Below, one piece after another: positions 56,573 to 64,000 of a DNA stretch of 64,000 nucleotides. Below the pieces are notes generated by a model. The model was not told the DNA's origin, searched no databases, and saw only the letters and a program-made list of their open reading frames with translations. Made by a program: the position numbers and the translations under genes. Each line of letters starts with the position of its first letter. Position 1 is the stretch's first letter. Source of the DNA: an uncultured bacterium (GTDB taxonomy: Bacteria; Actinomycetota; Acidimicrobiia; Spongiisociales; UBA5794); the NCBI GenBank assembly GCA_963801165.1, contig CAWDDT010000013.1, forward strand, positions 192,001-256,000. The letters are read 5' to 3'.

Positions 56573-57586
56573 CTACGGGGCGGAGACGGCTGTGTGGCCG
56601 GCGACCCACTCGGCGGTGCGGGCCTCGGCGACGAGGGTTTCGGGATGGCCGGGCAGCAGCGCCGGCCAGACGTGGTACATGTCCGGGGCCACATGGAGGG
56701 TGACGTCGCAACCCCGGGAACGAGCCCGATCCACGAGCCGTGTCGAGTCGTCGAGGATCATCTCCCGCCCACCGGCGAACACGAGCAGCGGCGGGATACC
56801 GGTGTAATCGCCGTACATGGGTGATGCGTATGGATCCTTCGGGTCATGGTCGCCCAGGTACTCCGTGTTGGCCCGGATCTCACCGAGTGGGAGATAGTCG
56901 GTGCCGGCGTTGGTGACGATCGACCCTGCGGTGTGTTCCAGGTCGGTGTACGGCGAGAACAGGACCGCCCCTGCGGGAAGAGGATGCCCTTCGTCGCGAA
57001 GCCGGAGCAGCAGGGCGAGGCTCAATCCGCCACCGGCGGAATCGCCTGCGACGACGATCTCCTCGGGCCGTACCCCGCGCTCGAGGAGGGCGAGATAGAC
57101 GGCGAGGGCATCGTCGAGGGCGGCGGGGAACGGATGCTGCGGCGCCAGGCGATACTCGGGCACGTAGGTCTTGCATCCGATTGCCCAGGTGAGACGGGCC
57201 GCCCATCGTCGGTGGGTAGCGGCGCTCCCGGCCAGATAGCCGCCGCCGTGGAAATAGAGAAGGGTGCAGCGGTTGGTGAGGGTCGTATCGGTGCGCTCAT
57301 GCCACTCCCCTGCGACCCCTCCGACCATCTCCGGCCGCACCCGCATCACCGAACGGAGCCGGCGCGGCAGCGACGGGTCGAACCCGGCTTCGAGCTTCGC
57401 CCGTGCTCGACGGTCGGGATGTGCTCGGGTGCTCATGATGAAAGAACGCAGCGCGACCACCCGCAGCTCAACGGTCCAGCTCCATCCAGGCACCGCGGGT
57501 CCACGGCGCAGTCGACGGCCGATGGCGCGAATGACGGCGACGACAACCAGGGCCAGGAGTCGAAGCGTGAGAGCAACCGTCCGCAT
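56573..57586 (-). CDS. Alpha/beta hydrolase (HSL-type esterase)
   Basis: HGGGY, YRLAPQHPFPAALDD, GDSAGG and HVW. Confidence 0.9.
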   Translation of the reverse strand: MRTVALTLRLLALVVVAVIRAIGRRLRRGPAVPGWSWTVELRVVALRSFIMSTRAHPDRRARAKLEAGFDPSLPRRLRSVMRVRPEMVGGVAGEWHERTDTTLTNRCTLLYFHGGGYLAGSAATHRRWAARLTWAIGCKTYVPEYRLAPQHPFPAALDDALAVYLALLERGVRPEEIVVAGDSAGGGLSLALLLRLRDEGHPLPAGAVLFSPYTDLEHTAGSIVTNAGTDYLPLGEIRANTEYLGDHDPKDPYASPMYGDYTGIPPLLVFAGGREMILDDSTRLVDRARSRGCDVTLHVAPDMYHVWPALLPGHPETLVAEARTAEWVAGHTAVSAP

Positions 57587-57709
57587 CGTTCCAAGTTACT
57601 GCAGTCCGGCTGCATCGAAACCACGTGCGTACTTTGCTAGCGCCGCCGGGGGTCCAGACAACGAATCGGGCGTCACAGCGACAGCGGCGAGCGCGTTACG
57701 TTGGTGGTT

Positions 57710-58198
57710 ATGACTGCATCCGACACCGACCTCGAGATGATCCGTCGTGCCATCGCCCTCGCTGCTTCGGCCCGCAGCAACGGCAACCATCCCTTCGGCG
57801 CATTGCTCACGAACGACCAAGGCGAAGTGATCGCCGAGGCCGAGAACACGGTGGTGACCGACCGTGACATCACCGGCCATGCCGAGACCAACCTGGTCAG
57901 GATCGCCTGGAGCCGCTACCCGGAAGACGTGCTGGCGAAAGCAACCCTGTACACCAGCACCGAGCCGTGTGCGATGTGCTCCGGCGCCATCTACTGGGCC
58001 GGGATCCCCCGGGTCGTCTACGGGCTGCCGGAGACTGCGCTCGCCGCGATGACCGGGGACGACCCGAACAATCCCACGCTCGTGCTTTCATCCGAGTTGG
58101 TTCTCAATTCCGGCACGCGAAAGGTGGAAGTGGTTGGCCCCCTCCTCGCCGAAGAGGCAGCCAAAGTGCACGCCGGGTTCTGGAGGGCCGAAGTCTGA
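57710..58198 (+). CDS. Nucleoside/nucleotide deaminase (CDA-like zinc fold)
   Basis: PFGA, GHAE and EPCAMC. Confidence 0.9.
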   Translation: MTASDTDLEMIRRAIALAASARSNGNHPFGALLTNDQGEVIAEAENTVVTDRDITGHAETNLVRIAWSRYPEDVLAKATLYTSTEPCAMCSGAIYWAGIPRVVYGLPETALAAMTGDDPNNPTLVLSSELVLNSGTRKVEVVGPLLAEEAAKVHAGFWRAEV

Positions 58199-58225
58199 TC
58201 GCGGCCGGTGTTTCGGCGGCGCCGG

Positions 58226-60577
58226 CTACGGACCGAGCGCCCGATGCAGGAACGCTGCCATCTGGGCCCTGGTAACCGGATCGTTGGGACAGAACATGTC
58301 GTTGGTTGGAGGGTTGCAGCCCTTGGTGATCTCTGCCGCGGCCAGCTTGGCGATATCGCCTTCGAACACCGAACCGTCGTCATCGACGAACGAGTTGCCC
58401 CCGCCGTCGTCGGTCAGCCCCAACGCCCGTACCAGGAACGCCGCCATCTGACCCCTGGTCACCGAATCATTCGGGCAGAACATGTCGTTGACCGGGGGAT
58501 TGCAACCCTTGGTAACGCCGACTGCACCTAGCCAGTCGATGTCGGCCGCAAACACCGAGCCGGATGAATCGTTGAACGTCACCGGGGCCCCGGCGGTGAG
58601 CACGCCGCCGAGCGCCCGATGCAGAAACGCCGCCATCTGGCCCCTGGTCACCGAATCACTGGGACAGAACAGAGTGTTGGTCGGCGGATTGCAGCCCTTG
58701 GTGATTCCCTCTGCTGCCAACCACTCCACATCGGCGTAGAAGGTATGCGTGCTTGGCACGTCGTCAAATGTAGGAGCCGGCGGCGGCTCGACCACATCGG
58801 TGACGTTGATGGTGATGGTTGCGGTGTCGCTCAACGAGCCGTCGCTCACCAGCACGGTGAGGACGTACTGGGGGGTGGTTTCGAAGTCGAGTGCGGTCGT
58901 GGTGGTGATCACACCTGTCGCCGGGTCGATTGCGAACGCATTGCCGGTGTTCCCCGCAGTGATGGAGTACTCGAGAGTGCCGGAACCCGTCGCAGTCACC
59001 GTTCCCACGTTCGTTCCCACTGCGGCATCTTCGGCCACGCTGAAGCCAGCGTCGCCTACGACGACGGGCACACCGCAGGCAGCCGGGGCGCTGGTGAGCC
59101 ACGGGGTGAAGTCGATGGCGGAACTCACGCTGTCACCCGCTCCGGTACCTGCGCCAGAGGGCCCTGACGCACTCCCCCACCAGTTGTTCTCGAGAGTGAC
59201 GCCGCTGCCGGTGGTGTTGGTTGCCCCGGCAGTGTTGCCCGCGATGCAGTTGCCGATCGAACCGCTGCCGACAGCGGCGGTGTCAGCCAGCGACAACCCT
59301 GCGGTCGTGGAGCCGACAATCCGGTTGTTCGAAATCACAGACGACCCGACGCCAAACAACTTGATCGACGTGCCGTTCGGACGGGAGCTGCCATCGGGAC
59401 CGGCTCCGAGCACGTTGCCGTCGACCAGAAAGCCGATGCCAGCCGTGTCGCCGCTCACGGCGATTCCGACGCTCGCTGCACCGATGTAGTTGTCCCGGAT
59501 CTCGTTGCCGCTCGACGTTGCCAGGAGACCGTTGACCTCAACAGCGGTGGTCATAGGCGCAACCGCGCCGGTTGGGGTGATACCGAACACGTTGCCGACA
59601 ACCTCATTGTCGACAATCGGGAACGTCGACCCATCGATAAGGACCCCTGTAGCGCCACCGAAGTAATTGCGCTCGAGATCGTCGGAGGTACCGTCCATAT
59701 TGCTGCCCACCACGTTCCCGGTGGCGATCTGACGCATGAACACCGGCCCGCCGCCGAGCTGGGTTGCCCCGTCTGCGGTGAACCCGATGTAGTTGCCTGC
59801 CACCGTGTGGTCGCTGCTACCGGAATCGCCGTTGATGTATATGGCTTGGGGCCCGGTATCACCGAAGACGTTGCGTTCCGCAAGGTCGTCGATGCCGTCA
59901 CCGTCGGTCCCGATGATCACATGCGACGCGTCGACCTCGAGATCGATCTGGTTGGTGAAGTCACCCGTGCCGAGGTGATTCTCGCCGGGGCCGTCGAGGG
60001 CGAAATGGTTGCATGCGATCTGGTGGCCCGTTCCGTTGTTCATGAAGATGCCCGGGGTGAAGAAGGTGGAATCGTTGCTCCCGAATGCGAAGCCCCGGAC
60101 GGTTGTAGCGCCGGTGGCGTTCTCGACGCTGAAGACGGTGGCGCTACCAGACGTGGGGTCGCTGACGATCTCGATTCGCATATACGACGGCTCGGTTTCG
60201 GTCGCACACACATTGGGCTGCGGGGCGTCGTTCTGCGGCTGGGTGGTCCCATCGAGGTTCACCGCGTCGGTGACCGTCATCGGACCTTCGGTGAGAGTGA
60301 GCCGGCACACGCCACCGGGGCAGGAGGCGGCCGGGATGTCGAAGTCGATCGTGTCGACCCCGACGTTGGCGTTGGCGGCAGCCACCGCACCACGCAGGCT
60401 GCAGTCACCTGCCGCTGCGGTACATGCGCTCAACGCCGCGCTGTCGACGACGGTGTCGACCACATACGGGGTGGCGGCTGCCGCAGGCGGGGCGGTGATG
60501 ACGGTGACGAGCGGTGATGCGGCCAGGATCGCGGCAGCGACCCAGGCTGTGAGACGACGGCGAGAGGCTGCTGACAT
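58226..60577 (-). CDS. CSLREA/beta-helix/cadherin/SLH surface protein (paralog 3)
   Basis: Same architecture as 54010-56355 and closely similar in sequence. Confidence 0.85.
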   Translation of the reverse strand: MSAASRRRLTAWVAAAILAASPLVTVITAPPAAAATPYVVDTVVDSAALSACTAAAGDCSLRGAVAAANANVGVDTIDFDIPAASCPGGVCRLTLTEGPMTVTDAVNLDGTTQPQNDAPQPNVCATETEPSYMRIEIVSDPTSGSATVFSVENATGATTVRGFAFGSNDSTFFTPGIFMNNGTGHQIACNHFALDGPGENHLGTGDFTNQIDLEVDASHVIIGTDGDGIDDLAERNVFGDTGPQAIYINGDSGSSDHTVAGNYIGFTADGATQLGGGPVFMRQIATGNVVGSNMDGTSDDLERNYFGGATGVLIDGSTFPIVDNEVVGNVFGITPTGAVAPMTTAVEVNGLLATSSGNEIRDNYIGAASVGIAVSGDTAGIGFLVDGNVLGAGPDGSSRPNGTSIKLFGVGSSVISNNRIVGSTTAGLSLADTAAVGSGSIGNCIAGNTAGATNTTGSGVTLENNWWGSASGPSGAGTGAGDSVSSAIDFTPWLTSAPAACGVPVVVGDAGFSVAEDAAVGTNVGTVTATGSGTLEYSITAGNTGNAFAIDPATGVITTTTALDFETTPQYVLTVLVSDGSLSDTATITINVTDVVEPPPAPTFDDVPSTHTFYADVEWLAAEGITKGCNPPTNTLFCPSDSVTRGQMAAFLHRALGGVLTAGAPVTFNDSSGSVFAADIDWLGAVGVTKGCNPPVNDMFCPNDSVTRGQMAAFLVRALGLTDDGGGNSFVDDDGSVFEGDIAKLAAAEITKGCNPPTNDMFCPNDPVTRAQMAAFLHRALGP

Positions 60578-60662
60578 TTCCCTACCTTCGATCCTCGACG
60601 TGACCCTTGCGAAGCTAGCCGATGCTGGAGCAATGTGGTGGGCTCATCAGGCTATTGGCGTT

Positions 60663-60885
60663 TCACATGTCGGCCGGCAGTAGACAGAAGGGCTTTTCGG
60701 TGTCGATGCAGACGGTGCCGAAATGTCGCTCGCCGAGGGTCAGGATGTCGAGGGTGTGATGCCGGTGGGCGAGGAGCACGACTGAGACATCCGCTGCCCG
60801 ATCCTGAGCTCGCGGCAGCGATCGGCCATCGTGCGGATGGCTGCGATGTCGCCCGCTTCGAGCACAGCAAGGGCCCGGTACATAT
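60663..60885 (-). pseudogene. VapC/PIN toxin C-terminal relic, frameshifted
   Basis: YRALAVLEAGDIAAIRTMADRCRELRIG, then a frameshift near 60797, then AADVSVVLLAHRHHTLDILTLGERHF...PFCLLPADM*. Confidence 0.65.
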
Positions 60886-60907
60886 GCAGTGAGGCACCAT
60901 CCGGGGT

Positions 60908-61075
60908 TCAGGCGATACGGGTCACACCGGGGATGGCGTCGAATGCGCAGTCGAAGGTCAGGATCCGAGTGCAACCCAGCCGGCGCATCGTGGCGACATG
61001 GATGGCGTGACGGGCAGACACGCCGACACCGGCGAGCGGCCAGATCGTCACGATGTCAACGGATTGCCGCGTCAT
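60908..61075 (-). pseudogene. Second VapC/PIN toxin C-terminal relic (55 codons)
   Basis: MTRQSVDIVTIWPLAGVGVSARHAIHVATMRRLGCTRILTFDCAFDAIPGVTRIA*. The ATG overlaps the stop of 61072-61443. Confidence 0.65.
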
Positions 61076-61443
61076 CTGGCCCGGATCCTGCCGTCCCTGA
61101 TCTCCAGGACCTGACCCGGCGTGAACCCGGCGGCCAGACGCAGCTGCTCACCGGCCAACTCCGCCACCCAACCGTCGTCGTCATCGTCCCCGAGAAAACC
61201 CTGACGTCTGATCGCGTCACGGAACACCCCGACATAGCTCCTGGTGTCGAGCCCGGGATTGTCGATGACCGCAAAGGTGGTAGTTGCCTTCGAGCTGGCC
61301 AAACCGGCCATAGCGCGGTCACAGCCACAGTCGGGACAGTCGCAGCGATCGAAAGGCAGGCGCACCAGCTCGCCATCGACCGTCCAACTGAAGTCGTCCG
61401 AACGCTTCTTGGCACCGGGGCCGGCGGCTACAAAGACCTTCAT
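61072..61443 (-). CDS. Small Cys-motif protein (DUF7715-like), paralog of 28113-28493
   Basis: MKVFVA...DDFSWTVDGELV...CDCPDCGCDRAMAGLASSKATTT. RBS GAGGAGG. Confidence 0.75.
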   Translation of the reverse strand: MKVFVAAGPGAKKRSDDFSWTVDGELVRLPFDRCDCPDCGCDRAMAGLASSKATTTFAVIDNPGLDTRSYVGVFRDAIRRQGFLGDDDDDGWVAELAGEQLRLAAGFTPGQVLEIRDGRIRAR

Positions 61444-61582
61444 CGAATCCTCCTCGTGATGGGTAATGCCAAGGTACGGACCGGTAATGACACGTTCTGC
61501 CGGAGCGCCCGAGCGTCATCCAATCGCCGCGTATTCGCGCCGTGGTGGGTTCCGTGTCCGTCCTATGCGATAGGGTGCCAAG

Positions 61583-63775
61583 ATGCGTGATGACGACCGC
61601 CGGGCTATCCAGCAAGACAGGCTCGAGGCACTCCGTAGCGGGGGCGTCGATGCGATCGCGGCGCTGTTCGAACGGGCACCGGCGATCGCCGAGTTGGTGC
61701 AGGACACCGGCCCGCTGGCGGCGTGGCGTCCCTCGTCTGAGAACTGGACCGCAAAGCGCCTCGCCGCCGAGCTGACCAGGACGAGCAACACGGTGGCGCT
61801 GCTGGCACACCTCGACCGCACCCAGCAACAGCTGATCGGGTTGGCCAAATGGATGGGTGGGGCCCTCACCCGGGAACACGCAATCGCCGAGTCCGGGCTC
61901 GACCCCGAGATCCTCGACAACGCAGTAGCGGCAATGGCGGATCTGCTGTTGATCGACCCCGCAGCGGGCTGGCTGGCACTCCGGCCCGGCGTTGCCGACA
62001 TGCTCCGGCTCCCGGGTGTCGTGTTTCGTGACGGAGCGGAGTACATCACGAGCGCCGATCTCGCGACCCTTTGCCGCAATCTCGGAATCAATCCGGGCCG
62101 GTTGAAGACCGAGCGGGTCGACGCCATCGAGGCTGCTATCCGTGATCCCGACATCGTGCTGAAGAGCCTGCGTGCACTCGGTCCGGCAGCAGAGACGGCC
62201 TTCAATCGGATCGGAGCCGAAGAAGCGTTTGACCTCGATCATCTCTGGGACGACCTCGACCGCAGCCGGGACGCCTACGACCGATACGCCGAGCGGAAGC
62301 AAACAGTCATCGACTTGCACTCGCTCGGGCTCGTCGGGCTGAACCTGTACGAGCACCGGGCATGGGTGTGGCTCGACGTGCAGGTGGCATTGCGGGGCCG
62401 GTTGTTCGACACCTGGGATCGCGTGAAGCTCGAGTTCGTCCCGGCACCGGGTAATGCCGACGTGCGGATACCGGCCATTGTCGGCGTGGCCGAGCGCGTC
62501 GTCGCCCATCTGTCGTCGAACCCGCAGCCGGCACTCAAGAGCGGCGGTATCGGCAGTAATGCCGTCAAGGCGCTGGCCAGGGCAGTCGGGTTGCCCTCCC
62601 CTACCACCGGGCTTGCGCTGGCACTCCTCATCGAGCTGCGGCTGCTGGGGACGGTCGTTACCGAAGCGACCGGCAGGGGCCGCAACCGAAACGTGGTCGA
62701 GGAATGGCGGCCGATCAGCAGCGACGGGTGGCGTTCGTCTGCGCCCGTCGACCGGTGGCTGCGGCTGGTTTCGACGTGGGCACAGAGCGTCCGGCTGCCG
62801 CTCACCGAAGCGCCATTGCAGCGCCATGACCTGAAAGATGAGGGTGGTTATCCGCCGCTGGCGCGAGGGCTGCTGCTGCGGGCGCTTCGCCACATCCCCG
62901 AGGGTGCCGCCGTGGACCGCAAGCAGTTTGCCCGCTGGTTTGCGTTCAGATATCCGACGATGTGCACACCCGCCATTGCCGACCAACTGGTCGATCAGGC
63001 CCGGATCCTCGGGCTTCTCGACGGCACCGATCACATCGTCCCGACGCCTCTCGCCCGTCACTGGCTGGCCGGCGAAGACCTCCATGCCGTCGTCGCTGCC
63101 GGTAGCGGGGGGTTTGTGGTGCAGGCCGATCACACCATCATCGCCCCACCCGACCTGTCGCATGAGGTGACGGTGCGGCTTCATCAGATCGCCGCCCTCG
63201 AATCGGACCACGGTGCTCATGTCTACCGGATCGACGACCACACCCTGACTCCCGCGTTCGACGCCGATTACGACGCCGACGACATCCTGGCCTTCCTCGC
63301 CGACCACTCGACGGTCGCGATACCTGAGGTGGTGGAGCGGACGGTCCGCGACGCCGCCGCCCGTCACGGGCGTCTCCGTGTGGGGTCGACGACCACCTGG
63401 ATCGCCAGTGACGACCCGGTGATGCTGTCAAACGCGGTTGCGGTCAAGCGAGCCCGGCTCACCGCCGTGTCGCCGACGGCAGCCGTCAGCGAGCTTCCCC
63501 GCAACAAGGTGGTGGCGGCGCTGCGGGCCGCCGGTATTGCCGCGGTGGACGAGAGCGTGAGAGACGACCAGCAGCAACCGAAGTCACCCGTGCAGATTTG
63601 GGGGGCGAGGACCGAGTACCCCACCATCGATCTCAACATCGACGCTCATCGGTTGGCCGCCGCTCTCGAAGACGGGACCGTCGAACCGGCCGGGCCCCTG
63701 CCCGACCCACGTCAGTGGTGGCGAGATGCGCAATGGGACGATGACTTCGACGCAGACTTGCTCGACAGCATATGA
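61583..63775 (+). CDS. XPB-associated protein with C-terminal helicase-associated domain (Rv0862c-like)
   Basis: LKSGGIG..., FVVQADHTIIAPPDL, HVYRI...L..AFDA...IL.FL..HS...IP..V...V.D...RHG.LRVG. It overlaps the XPB start (ATGA). Confidence 0.85.
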   Translation: MRDDDRRAIQQDRLEALRSGGVDAIAALFERAPAIAELVQDTGPLAAWRPSSENWTAKRLAAELTRTSNTVALLAHLDRTQQQLIGLAKWMGGALTREHAIAESGLDPEILDNAVAAMADLLLIDPAAGWLALRPGVADMLRLPGVVFRDGAEYITSADLATLCRNLGINPGRLKTERVDAIEAAIRDPDIVLKSLRALGPAAETAFNRIGAEEAFDLDHLWDDLDRSRDAYDRYAERKQTVIDLHSLGLVGLNLYEHRAWVWLDVQVALRGRLFDTWDRVKLEFVPAPGNADVRIPAIVGVAERVVAHLSSNPQPALKSGGIGSNAVKALARAVGLPSPTTGLALALLIELRLLGTVVTEATGRGRNRNVVEEWRPISSDGWRSSAPVDRWLRLVSTWAQSVRLPLTEAPLQRHDLKDEGGYPPLARGLLLRALRHIPEGAAVDRKQFARWFAFRYPTMCTPAIADQLVDQARILGLLDGTDHIVPTPLARHWLAGEDLHAVVAAGSGGFVVQADHTIIAPPDLSHEVTVRLHQIAALESDHGAHVYRIDDHTLTPAFDADYDADDILAFLADHSTVAIPEVVERTVRDAAARHGRLRVGSTTTWIASDDPVMLSNAVAVKRARLTAVSPTAAVSELPRNKVVAALRAAGIAAVDESVRDDQQQPKSPVQIWGARTEYPTIDLNIDAHRLAAALEDGTVEPAGPLPDPRQWWRDAQWDDDFDADLLDSI

Positions 63776-64000
63776 CCGACCCCACCAACCCGCTGATCAT
63801 CCAGTCCGATCTGACGGTGCTACTCGAGGTGGCCGCACCGAAGGCCGGTGAGGCGCGAGCGGCGCTGGCCCGCTTTGCGGAGCTGGAGAAATCGCCCGAG
63901 CACATCCACACCTACCGGATCACCCCGCTCAGCCTATGGAATGCAGCTTCGGCCGGCGTTACCAGCGACGAGGTCACGGCAGCGCTGACCGGGCTGGCCA
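63772..64000 (+). CDS. xpb: DNA repair helicase XPB, N-terminus (runs off the window end)
   Basis: NPLIIQSDLTVLLEV...FAELEKSPEHIHTYRITPLSLWNA. Confidence 0.88.
   Translation, partial: MTDPTNPLIIQSDLTVLLEVAAPKAGEARAALARFAELEKSPEHIHTYRITPLSLWNAASAGVTSDEVTAALTGLA

Overview
This is a high-GC chromosomal window, most likely from an Acidimicrobiia-type actinobacterium. The evidence is Cys-containing SLH repeats 'GCNPPxNxxFCP...VTRGQMAAFL', an F420-type LLM enzyme, LigC and an XPB operon. It holds about 50 CDS, mostly metabolic or cell-envelope genes, and no rRNA, tRNA, CRISPR array or intact transposase was seen. The main unexplained item is a translationally coupled pair of giant uncharacterised genes (24676-20915, 1253 aa; 20913-16405, 1502 aa). 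One has a long amphipathic beta-strand C-terminus with a helical insert, and the other has several Ig/Fn3-like motifs. Other points of note: (1) a two-copy non-autonomous MITE with ~13-bp TIRs and 5-bp target duplications, one copy inserted in the hairpin loop of a 108-bp REP-like tandem array that has relatives at ~50.2 kb; (2) a TM-BON-BON-OmpA-BMP fusion protein; (3) three paralogous CSLREA/beta-helix/cadherin/SLH surface proteins with a shared upstream motif; (4) unannotated toxin-antitoxin relics (two VapC/PIN C-termini and a HicB-like HTH); (5) two genes with single-base frameshifts; (6) several operator-like palindromes. All family calls come from motif recognition by eye, with no database searches.
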